NCBI GenBank assembly: GCA_016183065.1
Contig: JACPFF010000017.1
Coordinates: 57,550-121,549 of the forward strand
DNA length: 64,000 nt
Origin: Deltaproteobacteria bacterium
Lineage (GTDB): Bacteria; UBA10199; GCA-002796325; JACPFF01
Direction of reading: 5' to 3'
The translations under genes were made by a program, and so were the position numbers. This document shows, piece after piece, positions 38,146 through 49,900 of this stretch. The notes under the pieces were generated by a model. That model had not been told where the DNA came from. It did no database searches and worked only from the letters and a program-made list of their open reading frames with translations. Position 1 is the stretch's first letter, and each line of letters starts with the position of its first letter.

Positions 38146-39205
38146 GACGTTGCAGGATCTCGGCTGCGGCGGTTTCTCCGACCGATGCGGCACAGGTGAC
38201 GCCATGTCCGCCAAGACCGGCCACCCAATAAAAGGCGGGATGGTGGGGATCCCATTGCACACACAACCGGCGCTGGGGGGTGAACGTCCGCAGCCCCGAC
38301 CAACACCGGGCAATCTGCAGTTCGGCAAGCGGTGCGGCCACCGGCAGCAACTTTTCAGCCAGGCATGACGACATCTCTGGATCGATGCTGGTATCGTCCG
38401 GTGTCACTGGGGTTTCATCGCACGGCGAGCAGAGGAGTCCGCCCGATTCCGGGCGAAAATACCATCCTGCGGCATCATCCCAGACAAAGGGCCATTGCGG
38501 ATCAATCAGCGACGAGGGAACGGTCATCAGCAGATGGCGGCGCATCGGCTGCAGTGTTTGGGGAGAGACCCCCGCATATGTGGCAATCTGGTCGGCCCAG
38601 GCGCCGGCGGCGTTGACGACAAAATCGGCCCGGACGGTGTCGCGCGCGGTCTCGATGGTGACACCGTTCGTATGCCAGAGGATCTGTTCGACACGGGCGT
38701 TCAACCGGTATTCTGCGCCGTGCGACAATGCCCCGCTGATGAAGCCGCGCAGAAGGGCATCGACATCGACGACTCCATCCGTCGGTGTCCAGATGGCACG
38801 ATGATACGCCATCTCCGTCAGGATCGGGACACGACTGTGGCATTCCGAGGGGAGAATCAGCATCGACATGAGCCCCGCCTTTTGCCCCGTTGCCAAGCTT
38901 TCCAGGATACGTCCCGATTGAGAGTCATGAAAAAAAATGATCGACCCCACCGGCCGGATCAACGGAGTCTCGGCCACTGCCGGATCCGGATGGTAGAGAA
39001 AGGCCGTGCCCCGGAGGGCATGCGGCAGGATCGTCGGATCGAGGACAAATTGCCGGGCCATGGCCGCGTTTTTTCCGGATGCATGGATGCCCGCCTGTCC
39101 CTCCCGCTCCAGCAGTGTGACGCGGACCCTTTGCGATTTCGCGAGAAAGTACGCCGTGGCAGCCCCGGCCAGTCCTGCGCCAATAATGACGCCGTGGGGA
39201 ATCAT
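38138..39205 (-). CDS. FAD-dependent oxidoreductase (DAO/glycine oxidase-like)
   Basis: GVIIGAGLAGAATAYFLA dinucleotide-binding motif. DAO-family length. Confidence 0.7.
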   Translation of the reverse strand: MIPHGVIIGAGLAGAATAYFLAKSQRVRVTLLEREGQAGIHASGKNAAMARQFVLDPTILPHALRGTAFLYHPDPAVAETPLIRPVGSIIFFHDSQSGRILESLATGQKAGLMSMLILPSECHSRVPILTEMAYHRAIWTPTDGVVDVDALLRGFISGALSHGAEYRLNARVEQILWHTNGVTIETARDTVRADFVVNAAGAWADQIATYAGVSPQTLQPMRRHLLMTVPSSLIDPQWPFVWDDAAGWYFRPESGGLLCSPCDETPVTPDDTSIDPEMSSCLAEKLLPVAAPLAELQIARCWSGLRTFTPQRRLCVQWDPHHPAFYWVAGLGGHGVTCAASVGETAAAEILQRHV

Positions 39206-39252
39206 GGTGCGATCTTAGGACCAAAAGAAACGCCGTGGCAACGGTCTCTTTT

Positions 39253-40902
39253 TTATTCCGCCAGACCGAAAATGCGCCGCCGCAGCAGGCTCAAGGGGAT
39301 CGATCCCGCGCGGAGGAAACGGTTATGGAAGTCCTTCTCGGAAAATTCCGCGCCATCGCGCCGCTGGAGATCCTCTTTAAGCCTCATGATGAGATGTTTG
39401 CCGATCAGGTAGCTCAGCTGGTAGCCGGGAGAGTAGGTGTAGCGGTTCACTTCAGCCTCTGCCCCTTCACGACTCAGGTGCGCATGCTCGATCAACATGG
39501 CCACACCCTGGTCATACGTCATGCTCCCCTGCGAGAGCTCGACGTCCACGATGATGCGTGTGGCGCGCCAGACCAGATCGCTGACCATGACAAACCGGCC
39601 TGCGGGTGTGTTGTGGAATCCGTGCGTCTTCATCAATTCTTCGCAATAGTGGGCCCATCCCTCGACGTACTCCGCCGGCTTCCCTCCCACAAATGGCGCA
39701 CTCCGGAGAAACGATACCTCCCGGTTCGCGGTGGCGAGTTGCAGGTGGTGACCGGGATAGGCCTCGTGGATCGCGGTATTGTAGATACTCGTGTGGTTGA
39801 GATGCTTGCGCAACAGGGCAGGATTGTTTGATGGCGTGACCACGTATGTGCTGGTCTGTATGCGATGGCATTTCGCCGGTGGAAAGATCGCGGCAAACGG
39901 GACAAACGTACGGAGAAACTTCGGGGTTTCGACAATATGTAATTGCTCCTCCGGAGGGACGTCCATCAGTTGGAGGGTCTGGATAAACCTTCGCGCTTCC
40001 TCGCATGCATGACGGGTCGTTGCCAGGGCATCGGCAAATGTCCGTGGGGCGTCAGCTTCGATCATGGCCTTTGCCGCGGCAATATCTGGCGTGCCAACGA
40101 GCTGGATGGCAAGACGGCGCTGCTCATCCTGGTAACGCGCGAGAGAGGTCTTCCCCAACTCCAATATGTCATTGACCGTCAGGTCCAGGGCGCGCAATCG
40201 GATCAGCTCGGCAAAATGTTCCGGCCCGAGGACCCACGACTCTTTTTCATCGACGGTAATTCCGGTCAGCCAGATGCCATATTCGGCGATCAGCGCCTTC
40301 ACCTGTATCACCGCCTTTTGCAGACGGGTCATCAACCTTGCTGAGATGTGGCCTTCTGCGGCGGCAGTGATGGCGTCAAAAAAGTGGGGCATGCTCTGCG
40401 CGGTCTGGATGGCCAGATCGCGCCATCGTCGTGGAGGTGTGGCCATACGGGAGCGGAATTGGTGCAGATACTGGGGGAAGGCCTCCAGGCGGCCTGCAAG
40501 ATTGGCAAAGCGTTCTTCGGCCTTGCCATGTTCATAGAGGAGCGTCAGGAAAATGATCTGACCGATCCCGCTGACAGCGTCGGGGTTGCGCTCCCACGTG
40601 CGCAGTTCGCGATAATAAAATGCCTGCTGGGCAAAATAATGTTCAAAGAGCGAGCGATCGAATTGTTGATCTTCCGTGAGCTGGTCTGCCGGGGTCTGGC
40701 GGAGTTCGGTCAGCCACCGGTGGAGGAATTGAAACTCCGCCTCGATCCCCTCGCGATCGGCGCGGGAGAGCCGGTGATCGAAGGCGTGGTAGCCGGAAAA
40801 CGTTGCAAATTCTGGAATTAATTCAAATAGTTGCTTGAGTTTTTTCCATTGGATCAGGTCGTGAGCGTCATGGTACGGAGGTTCAGGGGGGAGAATGGAC
40901 AT
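39253..40902 (-). CDS. DUF885-family protein
   Basis: HEAYPGHHLQ motif and overall length and organisation typical of DUF885. Confidence 0.6.
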   Translation of the reverse strand: MSILPPEPPYHDAHDLIQWKKLKQLFELIPEFATFSGYHAFDHRLSRADREGIEAEFQFLHRWLTELRQTPADQLTEDQQFDRSLFEHYFAQQAFYYRELRTWERNPDAVSGIGQIIFLTLLYEHGKAEERFANLAGRLEAFPQYLHQFRSRMATPPRRWRDLAIQTAQSMPHFFDAITAAAEGHISARLMTRLQKAVIQVKALIAEYGIWLTGITVDEKESWVLGPEHFAELIRLRALDLTVNDILELGKTSLARYQDEQRRLAIQLVGTPDIAAAKAMIEADAPRTFADALATTRHACEEARRFIQTLQLMDVPPEEQLHIVETPKFLRTFVPFAAIFPPAKCHRIQTSTYVVTPSNNPALLRKHLNHTSIYNTAIHEAYPGHHLQLATANREVSFLRSAPFVGGKPAEYVEGWAHYCEELMKTHGFHNTPAGRFVMVSDLVWRATRIIVDVELSQGSMTYDQGVAMLIEHAHLSREGAEAEVNRYTYSPGYQLSYLIGKHLIMRLKEDLQRRDGAEFSEKDFHNRFLRAGSIPLSLLRRRIFGLAE

Positions 40903-40953
40903 TCCGAAAATTATAGCAAAGAATGGGCAACTTGTAGAGCAATTTTGCCGATA

Positions 40954-41094
40954 CTATTACAGGGGCTCGCGTCGCCCCCTCCACCGGCAAAGCCGGTGGA
41001 GCCTCCCCCTCACGCTCGCCGTGCTCGCTGGATCGCTTCCCACGGGCGACGCGAGCTGCTGAGGACCACGCGTTTGCCCGTGGGAAGCTATGCA
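40954..41094. repeat. GC-rich multi-hairpin palindromic element, copy C, in divergent intergenic region
   Basis: CTATTACAGGGGCTCGCGTCGCCCCCTCC / CTCCACCGG-CAAAG-CCGGTGGAG / TTCCCACGGGC...GCCCGTGGGAA. Confidence 0.7.
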
Positions 41095-41126
41095 TAGGTC
41101 ACTCGTGTGCCTGAAGGGTGTCGATT

Positions 41127-41849
41127 ATGGTGATGCGGATTGAAAATCCGTCGTTGGGACTCCCGACCCACTGGGCGAATCGCATTACTGCGGGCAATCG
41201 TCCTCTGGGAACGCTCCCGGATGTGCGCAAGCTCTTGGGGGAACCGGCCCCGCAATTGGCGAATATGGCCGCGCTCCCGCCACACATTGCCAGGATGTTT
41301 CGTCGCGGGGGCCTGCTCGATCGCATTCGCCGAAAGCTCGGTGTGATCTCGCGCAAAAAGGGTGGCCATTTCCTCGCAGCCCACAATACCATTGCCGCCG
41401 TCGATCCGGATGACAACATCTATGTGGGTGTTGAATTTCTCGAGGCCTGCGAGGGGGACGAGGCCGTCATTGCCGGCATCCTGGCGCATGAATGGGGTCA
41501 CATGGTGAGCGAGCTCCCGCGAGACGTGGATTGGTCGCACCTGACGTGGGAAGCACTCTTTGCCCTGCGCCGCGAGGAGGAGGCCGGTGCCGATGCCTAT
41601 GCCGGTCGCGCGCTCTACCAGATGGGCTATGATGTGCAACCGGTCATCGGATTTCTGCAAGGACTCGAAACAGAGCGGCGACGCGCACGCCGGCTCGCGA
41701 CCGTCAAATATTACCCGAATGCCACCCGTGCGGCGATCCTGCAGGAAGGCTATGCCGCCGAGCAACGCCTCGAGGAAAGCGCCCGCAAACTCCTCACCAC
41801 CCCCGGTTATCGCCACCCGAGTTTCAGCAAACTCCTCGCGGTGGGATGA
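41127..41849 (+). CDS. Putative Zn-metallopeptidase-like protein (HExxH)
   Basis: AAGGGTG RBS. ILAHEWGHMVSE HExxH motif. No other domain recognised. Confidence 0.45.
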   Translation: MVMRIENPSLGLPTHWANRITAGNRPLGTLPDVRKLLGEPAPQLANMAALPPHIARMFRRGGLLDRIRRKLGVISRKKGGHFLAAHNTIAAVDPDDNIYVGVEFLEACEGDEAVIAGILAHEWGHMVSELPRDVDWSHLTWEALFALRREEEAGADAYAGRALYQMGYDVQPVIGFLQGLETERRRARRLATVKYYPNATRAAILQEGYAAEQRLEESARKLLTTPGYRHPSFSKLLAVG

Positions 41850-41886
41850 GGTGCCATGATCCTTCTCAGGTCTTGCATTCAGTACA

Positions 41887-42330
41887 TTGTTTGGATACGC
41901 TAATACCATGGATGTGGTGCGTTCAATGCGCCGTCTTCGGTCTTCGGAACGGGCTCGTTTAGGGGCGTTGGGTGTAAAGATCGTGTATCTCTTTGGTTCT
42001 CATGCTGAAGGGATGGCCAGTATAGCCTCGGATGTTGATATTGGTGTGGTGATGACAGATCCCACAACGGTGGTCCAGAACACAAATGAAATATATCTCC
42101 ATCTTTTCGAACTATTCAGTCCCTATGTCGAGTGCAGTGATCAACTCGATATTGTTTTTTTGCAGCGGGCTCCGCTGGAATTACGCTACGATGTGATTAC
42201 GCATGGACTTCCAATATATTCTCGTTCAGAAGCATGTCGCCTTGATTTCGAAGAACGGACGACCATTGCGTATTGTGATTTTCAACCGCTGTTGCGGCAA
42301 TTTGACCGGTCGATAATTGAGAACAGATGA
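41887..42330 (+). CDS. mntA: Nucleotidyltransferase-domain antitoxin (MntA-like minimal NTase)
   Basis: GSHAEG...SDVDIGVV pol-beta NTase signature. 4-nt overlap with downstream HEPN gene. Confidence 0.7.
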   Translation: MFGYANTMDVVRSMRRLRSSERARLGALGVKIVYLFGSHAEGMASIASDVDIGVVMTDPTTVVQNTNEIYLHLFELFSPYVECSDQLDIVFLQRAPLELRYDVITHGLPIYSRSEACRLDFEERTTIAYCDFQPLLRQFDRSIIENR

Positions 42331-42782
42331 GGGCACTCAAACGACAATCTATTGTTCCACGGATTGATGGCATTACACGTGATCTGCAACGGTTACGCGA
42401 ATTGTCCCGGCATTCGTTGGATGAATTTTCGCGACGTGGAGATATATTTGCCCTTGCGCAATTTTATCTGCGGCAGACCTTAGAGGGGGTCTTCCATATT
42501 GGATCACATATTCTTTCTCGACTTCCAGGGGGCCGTGCGACAGAATATAAGGAGATTGCTCGACTTCTTGGAGAACAGAACGTTGTGCCAATCACATTTG
42601 CGCAACAATCCTTAATACCGATGGCCGGTTACCGGACACGTTTGACCCACTTTTATTATGAAGTTGGTCCTCAGGAGATCCTTGACATCCTACAGAAGCG
42701 ATTGGGAGAAATTGAACAATTTCTCGATGACGTACGAGATTTGTTGCAGGACCCCACACGATTGCATCTCACAATAGAATAA
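42327..42782 (+). CDS. hepT: HepT-like HEPN-domain toxin (DUF86)
   Basis: R-x4-H-x-Y motif RTRLTHFY. Size and coupling to mntA. Confidence 0.65.
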   Translation: MRALKRQSIVPRIDGITRDLQRLRELSRHSLDEFSRRGDIFALAQFYLRQTLEGVFHIGSHILSRLPGGRATEYKEIARLLGEQNVVPITFAQQSLIPMAGYRTRLTHFYYEVGPQEILDILQKRLGEIEQFLDDVRDLLQDPTRLHLTIE

Positions 42783-43278
42783 TGAGCGTGGTCTGTTGTT
42801 CCACGGCCGTTCCGGGAGTGACGCAGACCGTGGCGACGGTGCCGGAGCAGGGGGCGGGGATCTCGTTTTGCATCTTCATGGCCTCGATGATGCACACCGG
42901 CTGTCCGGCGGTGATCTGATCGCCTGCAGCAACAAGGATATCGACAATGCGTCCGGGCAAGGGAGCGCGAATCTCGTTTGTCGAGGGTCGCGCACCACTG
43001 GGCCGTACGCTGTCCCAACTCCTCGATGACGCATGGTCCGCGACGAGGCAGATTTCGTGCGGGACGTTGTGTAAATGGAGTGTGCAGGTGCCGTTGTGCC
43101 ATGCCACACTGCTTTCGATGACGACGTGGTCATCGAGCAGAAGCGTCATGCGCGGTGCGCGATACTCTAAGAGGCGTGCGATGTATCGTGCTTCCCCGAG
43201 TTGCACATGAAAGATGTTGCCCTGTCGCTGTAGCGAGACATGGTGGGTTTGTGCCCCATCAGAAAAACTCCATTCCAT
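42769..43278 (-). CDS. Biotin carboxyl carrier protein subunit of acyl-CoA carboxylase
   Basis: Biotinylation motif CIIEAMKMQNEI. Start chosen at MEWSF. ORF track extends to 43389. Confidence 0.7.
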   Translation of the reverse strand: MEWSFSDGAQTHHVSLQRQGNIFHVQLGEARYIARLLEYRAPRMTLLLDDHVVIESSVAWHNGTCTLHLHNVPHEICLVADHASSRSWDSVRPSGARPSTNEIRAPLPGRIVDILVAAGDQITAGQPVCIIEAMKMQNEIPAPCSGTVATVCVTPGTAVEQQTTLIILL

Positions 43279-44773
43279 GTTGGACTCCTTGCTGGCGTGC
43301 CGAGATTTTCCAGGCCGACGGGTGTGGCGCAGCGGATGCGGCATGTGTCGGATCGGTCTGGTGCAATGCCTTGGCAATGGCCGCGACAATCACGGCGTGT
43401 GAGGCGTTTGGTATGGGAGCCGTGAGTAGGGATGCGCGTTCACGTTCGACAAATTGTGTCGAGTAATTGCCTTTGAGAAAGAGCGGATGCTGTAGCGCGT
43501 TCAGGTGAAAGTGGACGTTGGTGATTGTGCCACTGATGCGCAACTCTTGCAGGGCCCGTACCATTTTTGCGCGTGCGACCTCGCGTGTTGCTCCCCAGGT
43601 GCAGAGTTTGCCCACAAGGGGATCATATTCCATGGGGATCGTGCTTCCGGCGACAATGCCACAATCGATGCGAATGCCATGACCGTGTGGTGCCATAAAG
43701 TCCGTCACAAAACCCGGTGTAGGGATGAAATTCTGGGCAGGGTCTTCAGCACAGATGCGACATTCGATGGCGTGCCCGCTGTTGTGGATGCCTCGTTGGC
43801 TCCACCGGAGCGGTTCTCCAGCGGAAATCCGCAGTTGTTCGCAGATGAGGTCGATCCCCGTGACCAGTTCAGTGATCGGATGCTCGACCTGGATCCGCGT
43901 GTTGACCTCGAGAAAATAGAACCGTTGCTGGTGGTCCACCAGAAATTCGACCGTGCCGGCGTTACGGTACCGTGCGGCTTTCATGAGTCGCAACGCCGCC
44001 CGACATATGGCGCGCCGGGTGTTTTCCGTCAAAAACGGAGACGGGGTTTCCTCAATCAACTTCTGGTGCCGGCGTTGCACCGAGCATTCCCGTTCACCAA
44101 GGTGGATGATATGGCCGTGATGATCTGCCAGGATCTGCACCTCGATGTGGTGTGGGGCGTCGATGTATTTTTCCAGATAGAGGTCGCCATTCCCAAAGGC
44201 GTTGCGGGCCTCTCCTTGTGCCAGGTCAAAGGCGCGCGACAGCTCTGGTGCCGTGCGGACAATGCGCATCCCCTTGCCGCCACCGCCGGCCACGGCCTTC
44301 AGGAGCACGGGATAGCCGATGGTTTCTGCCAGTTTTCCTGCTGTGGGGATGGATCGGACGGGTGTGGTCGCGCCCGGAACCATCGGGATCTTGACGGCCT
44401 GCGCCAACTTGCGGGCCGCGGTCTTTGAGCCCAAACGGCGGATGATGGCTGCAGGCGGTCCGACCCAGCGCCATCGCGCCTTGGCGACCGCTGCCGCGAA
44501 ATCGGCGTTCTCCGCCAGAAATCCATATCCGGGATGTATCGCATCGACGTTTGCCTCTTTTGCGACCGCGAGGAGCCGTGGAATCGAGAGATAGCTTTCC
44601 GCGGGCGCGGTCGGTCCCAAGTGATAGGCTTCATCGGCCAGACGGACATGGAGTGCTGTGGCGTCAGCATCTGCGTAGACCGCGCAGGCGGTGATCCCCA
44701 ACTCCTGGCACGCGCGGATGATGCGCACGGCAATCTCGCCCCGATTGGCGATGAGAAGGCGCCGGATTTTCAT
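43259..44773 (-). CDS. Biotin carboxylase subunit (AccC/PccA-type)
   Basis: [30 protein letters not shown]-grasp [10 protein letters not shown]. Biotin carboxylase C-terminal domain. Confidence 0.9.
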   Translation of the reverse strand: MKIRRLLIANRGEIAVRIIRACQELGITACAVYADADATALHVRLADEAYHLGPTAPAESYLSIPRLLAVAKEANVDAIHPGYGFLAENADFAAAVAKARWRWVGPPAAIIRRLGSKTAARKLAQAVKIPMVPGATTPVRSIPTAGKLAETIGYPVLLKAVAGGGGKGMRIVRTAPELSRAFDLAQGEARNAFGNGDLYLEKYIDAPHHIEVQILADHHGHIIHLGERECSVQRRHQKLIEETPSPFLTENTRRAICRAALRLMKAARYRNAGTVEFLVDHQQRFYFLEVNTRIQVEHPITELVTGIDLICEQLRISAGEPLRWSQRGIHNSGHAIECRICAEDPAQNFIPTPGFVTDFMAPHGHGIRIDCGIVAGSTIPMEYDPLVGKLCTWGATREVARAKMVRALQELRISGTITNVHFHLNALQHPLFLKGNYSTQFVERERASLLTAPIPNASHAVIVAAIAKALHQTDPTHAASAAPHPSAWKISARQQGVQHGMEFF

Positions 44774-46320
44774 AACGGGATATTTCCGTGCTTGCGTGCC
44801 GGTCCCTTTTGCCGCTTGCCATCGAGCATGGCCAGGGCGGCAATGATCCGCGGACGCGTGGTGGCCGGACGGATGACGTCGTCGATATACCCGAGTTCGG
44901 CGGCCTTGTAGGGATTGGCAAAATGTTCGCGGTATTCGGCGACCAGCCGGGCCTGTTCCGTCTTGGCATCGCGGGCGTCAACGAGCTCCTTGCGAAAAAT
45001 GATGTTGACCGCTCCCTCCGGGCCCATGACGGCAATCTCTGCCGTGGGATAGGCGAGGTTCACATCCGCGCGGATATGTTTCGAGCTCATGACGTCATAC
45101 GCGCCGCCATAGGCCTTGCGGGTGATGATGGTGATTTTCGGCACGGTCGCCTCACAATAGGCGTAGAGCAATTTCGATCCGTGACGGATGATGCCGCCAA
45201 ATTCCTGCGTGGTCCCCGGGAGGAATCCCGGGACATCGACAAATGTCACGAGCGGGATGTTGAAGGCATCGCAGAAACGGACAAACCGTGCCCCCTTTAC
45301 CGAGGCATCGATGTCGAGGCATCCGGCGAGCACGTGCGGTTGATTCGCGACAATGCCGACCACGTGTCCATTGTAGCGCGCAAAACCGGTGACCATGTTC
45401 TGCGCATGCGTCCCCCCTATTTCAAAAAAACGCTCATCATCAATCGTGGCCCGGATGATGGTCTTGATGTTATAGGGTTTCGCCGGATCTTCCGGAATGA
45501 AGGTGTCGAGCGATTCGGCCAATTGGGCCGATGGCATGTCGGTCTGGCGGAGGGGCGGATCGTCGAGATTGTTCGACGGGAGATAGCTCAGGAGTTCACG
45601 CGTCATCACGAGCGCTGCTGCATCGGATTGAGCGCACAAGTGGGCGACGCCGCTTTGTGTCGTATGGGTGTGCGCACCACCAAGCGCCTCCTTGGAGACT
45701 TCCTCATGGGTGACCGTTTTGATCACATCAGGACCGGTGATAAACATATGGGAGGTCTCTTCGACCATGATGATGAAATCCGTCATGGCCGGCGAATAGA
45801 CTGCTCCGCCTGCACAGGGCCCCATGATGACGGAAATTTGCGGAACCACGCCGGATGCGCGGACATTGCGATAAAAAATTTCCGCATATCCTCCGAGAGC
45901 CGCGACGCCTTCCTGAATGCGCGCGCCGCCGGAATCGTTGAGACCGATGATGGGTGCGCCATTCTGGACGGCGAGGTCCATCACCTTACAGATTTTGTTC
46001 GCATGGGCCTCGCCGAGTGAGCCGCCGAAGACCGTAAAATCCTGGGCAAAGCAGTAGATGGGGCGTCCCGCGATATTGCCGGTACCGGTGACCACGCCGT
46101 CGCCAAGCGGCCGGTTGTGTTCCATGCCAAAATCAGTGCAACGGTGCGTGACGAATTTGTCAAATTCCACGAACGTTTCCGGATCGCACAGGGCCTGGAT
46201 CCGTTCGCGCGCCGTCAGTTTTCCCGCGGCATGTTGTTTGTCAATGCGGGTCGCACCGCCCCCGATTTCTGCGGCAGCGGATTTCTGCTGAAGGCACTCC
46301 AGGGGATTGTGTGACGCCAT
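44770..46320 (-). CDS. Propionyl-CoA carboxylase / methylmalonyl-CoA carboxyltransferase beta (carboxyltransferase) subunit
   Basis: CoA carboxyltransferase N and C domains ([31 protein letters not shown]). Confidence 0.85.
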   Translation of the reverse strand: MASHNPLECLQQKSAAAEIGGGATRIDKQHAAGKLTARERIQALCDPETFVEFDKFVTHRCTDFGMEHNRPLGDGVVTGTGNIAGRPIYCFAQDFTVFGGSLGEAHANKICKVMDLAVQNGAPIIGLNDSGGARIQEGVAALGGYAEIFYRNVRASGVVPQISVIMGPCAGGAVYSPAMTDFIIMVEETSHMFITGPDVIKTVTHEEVSKEALGGAHTHTTQSGVAHLCAQSDAAALVMTRELLSYLPSNNLDDPPLRQTDMPSAQLAESLDTFIPEDPAKPYNIKTIIRATIDDERFFEIGGTHAQNMVTGFARYNGHVVGIVANQPHVLAGCLDIDASVKGARFVRFCDAFNIPLVTFVDVPGFLPGTTQEFGGIIRHGSKLLYAYCEATVPKITIITRKAYGGAYDVMSSKHIRADVNLAYPTAEIAVMGPEGAVNIIFRKELVDARDAKTEQARLVAEYREHFANPYKAAELGYIDDVIRPATTRPRIIAALAMLDGKRQKGPARKHGNIPL

Positions 46321-46402
46321 GCTCTTCTCCCGTCTTGCAGCGCGCGTGGTTTCAACAGCCGTCTGGACACCTCTATTTCACTATAGTAACCCCCTCGTCA
46401 AC

Positions 46403-46834
46403 ATGCGCTTTTCATACATCGATCATATCGGCATTGCGGTTGACGATCTCGAGTGCGCCATTGAACGCTATACTCGCTTGCACGGTGCCCCGCCGTCTTA
46501 TGTCACCACAGTCCCCGCTGAGCAGGTGACCGTGGCGTTTTTTCCCGTCGGGCCGACCAAGATCGAATTACTCGCCGGCACCAGCGCAGAGAGCCCCATT
46601 GCGCGATTTATTGCGAAACGGGGACCGGGACTGCATCACATCTGTTATGCCGTGGAGGATTGGACACGCACCATTGCGACACTCCATGATGAAGGAATGA
46701 CGCCGATTGTGCGCGAGGCATCTGTCGGGGCCGGCGGAAAACGGGTCCTCTTTTTTCATCCGAGGGAGATGGGTGGCGTGCTCATCGAGTTGCTGGCAGT
46801 CACGCCACCAACGCCAATTCTCAAAATGACATAA
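46403..46834 (+). CDS. Methylmalonyl-CoA epimerase (VOC/glyoxalase family)
   Basis: MRFSYIDHIGIAVDDLECAIERY...GPGLHHICYAVED...GGVLIELL. Confidence 0.8.
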   Translation: MRFSYIDHIGIAVDDLECAIERYTRLHGAPPSYVTTVPAEQVTVAFFPVGPTKIELLAGTSAESPIARFIAKRGPGLHHICYAVEDWTRTIATLHDEGMTPIVREASVGAGGKRVLFFHPREMGGVLIELLAVTPPTPILKMT

Positions 46835-46964
46835 CCCCGAAGTGCCCTGGGTGCTTTTCCACTACATTCGACCGCTACTGAATTTGTGACTCATAGTAAT
46901 ATCAAGTAGTTGTAATCCATTTCATCTGGCACAAGATATGCAAATAGTGCCCCAAGGGGCCACT

Positions 46965-49900
46965 ATGAAAATGTCGATGGTGCAGCGTGCGGTGTTGGTG
47001 GGCGTTCTCGCAGGGATCGGTCTCGGCGTGAGTACATCGGTCAAGGCCGTAAGTTTTGGAGAACTCTTTCAGCAAGTCGCGGGTCAACTTACAAGCACGG
47101 CCGGTGATCTCCAGCCGGGCATTCCTGATGGGGCCGTGTTGCCCCAGGCCGAATTCCCACTGGAGAATTCCGGCGGGACGGTCATGCCGGAGAGTGGTGT
47201 GCCGTCCGGGCAAGACGTGAAGACCCCCACCATCGACGTGCCGTCTGAAGAGGACCCACACCCTGCCGACGCGTCGCAGCCAGGACGTGCCGGGGATGCG
47301 CGCAGAGAGACCGAGGAGACACCGATCGGCCTTGCCATCCCGTGGGTGCCGAAGTGGCTCCCACTACTGCAGCAAGAGATTCCATTGCCCGGCGGCACTC
47401 CCGCAAGAGACACGCTCTCTGTTGACACACCGAGACCGGTTGACACAACGAGGCCGACAGAGATTGTCGCGCCGATTGAAACACGGACACCAGCCGACAT
47501 CATAGTACCGATCGAGGTGCGAAACCCGGCGAGGATTGGCGCGCCGATTAAGGTGCAAACCCCGGCGAGGATTGAGACGCCGATCGAGGTGCGAAACCCG
47601 GCGAGGATTGAGACGCCGCCTGAGATGCGCTCTCCGACACAGTCGCCGGCACCAATCGAAACGCGAATTCCGACAGAGAGTATGGTGCCTATCGAAATGC
47701 GTGCCCCAGCGCAGCCAGAGGGACCGATTGAGACGCGAGGTCCGACGGAGGTTGCAGCGCCCATCGAGACAAGAACGCCAAGAGAGGCTGTTGTGCCGAT
47801 GCCTCCTCGCAAGATGTTGCCTCAAGATATCAGCCCCGATGCGTTTGTACCCCGGGAGCCTGTTGTGCGCGAGCCTCTCCCCGAGACTGCCGACGTCAAT
47901 GAGCCTGTGCCGATGCGGCAGACACTCCCCATTACGCCGGTGATTCCGCGACAGGCATCACGTATCGAATTGCCGAGGAGTCCCTCCAGCCGCCCGTTGC
48001 CGCCTCGAACCGGTTCAACGAGTTCCAAGAGAGATGGTGATGTGACAGCGGGTACCGATGAAGAGAATCCACAGCCAGGCTGCGAAGAGGATACGATTGC
48101 GTCGTGCAGCGTCATCTACGGATCGACCAGCTGTGCCGGGAAAAAAATATGCAAGAATGGAGGATGGAGCGTCTGCATTGCGCCACCACCGGTCGCGGAA
48201 GCCTGTGACGGTGTGGATAACGATTGTGATGGTGCGAGCGATGAGGGATTCAATGTCGGCGAGGTCTGCACCAACAGTGGAAATATGCAGTGCTACGCGC
48301 AGGGCATCCTCCAGTGTGCGCCGAATGGCGAGGTCACCTGCAATACCGCACCTGTGATGGATGGAACGCGATGCGAGGACGGGGATATCTGTACGACAGA
48401 CGACACGTGCCAAAACGGGGTCTGCCAGCCAGGGGTTATCAGCAGCAGTCCGTCGTGTGAAGAGAAGAAGGGTCCCCTCTGTGCTCCCGGAACAACGGTT
48501 GCGTGTAAAACAGGTTTGCCGGGTCTCTGCGCGGAAGGGTCACAGATGTGTCGTGAAGATGGTCTCGGATGGACAGCATGTGAGCCGAACAGCATGGGGA
48601 AGACCTTTTATATGGATGCCGATGGAGATACGTATGGCGATCCCATCAGCACGATTGTGGCCTGTGAGAAGCCCCAGGGATACGTCGAGGAGAATACGGA
48701 CTGTAATGACGGCAATCCGTTGATGCGTCCCGGCGCGAAAGAAGTGTGCGATACGATCGACAACAATTGCGTGGGTGGTGCGGATGAACCGTTCAAGAAT
48801 GCCGTCGGCCAATATGTCGGTCCGGACGCCATGGCGATCTGTTTCGCGGGTCCGGCCAAGTCCGCCTGTGAGGTCCAGGGAGACTATCAATGTGCGCCAG
48901 ATGGCCTCTCGACGATCTGTACCGCGAAGCCAAATCTTGCCGCCGCGAGCGTCGAGATCTGTGGCAATGCCTTTGACGAAGACTGCGACGGCATGGATGC
49001 TGCAAAGAACGCGTGCGGGGGGTGCAGTGAACTCGATCACGCGATCAGCGAACTGTGCGGTTGCAATGCGGCGGGCACGTATCAGTGCCAGAGTGATGGA
49101 ACGCTAGCGTGTATCGGCGGAGAGCCGCGGGAGGAAGTGTGCGACGGGAAAGACAACAACTGTAATGGGGCCATTGATGAGGGGATTGCGGTCATCATTG
49201 ATTATCATTCGCCAATGGAAACGGCCGGAATCGGTCCGTGTCAGGTGGGAAAGACGGAGTGCCTGAATGGCCAGCTGATCACCACGGCGCCTCTCCTCCC
49301 GACCGGCGAAGTCTGCGACACGATCGACAACAATTGCAATGGCGAAGTGGATGAAGGCCTCTTGCAGGCGTGTTATGATGGTCCGCAAGAAACCGTGGGT
49401 GTCGGTGCATGCCGTGCGGGAAAGCGGTTGTGCATTGCCGGAAACTTTGCCCAGGCCGGGTGTGATGCGCAGGTCCTCCCCGGTGAGGAGTTGTGCGACG
49501 ATCAGGTCGATAACGATTGTGATGGCGCCACCGATGAGGGATGCGGCGGGGAGAACACCGGGGATGAGACACGGCCCGAAGAGGAGACCGCGGAAGAAGC
49601 CGGGGAAGAACCCCACGGAGATGAAACCGAGACAGAAGCCTCACTGCATCACAAGGGGGCCACAGCGCCCGACGAGCGGGAACCCGCGCCAGCGCCCGTT
49701 CCTCAGCCGATGGCGCCGGCACAATGCGCGAGCGATATTTTTGACTGCAAGGGGCATGGACTCTATTTTGCGGAGGCTCGGGGATATTTGGGGAGTTTCC
49801 GGTCAGGCGATGATTCCGCACTCCTCTTTTTCACGCAGGACATCGCCGGGTCGCATGCCTATGCCGTTCCCGTCAAGGCCATGGTCGAAGGGACGGTCAC

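Noticed and set aside
40831-41097. ORFs 40831-41097 (+) and 40883-41095 (-) lying across palindromic element copy C
   Set aside because: They are translations of the repeat element in a divergent intergenic region, and the same element is non-coding at 14082.
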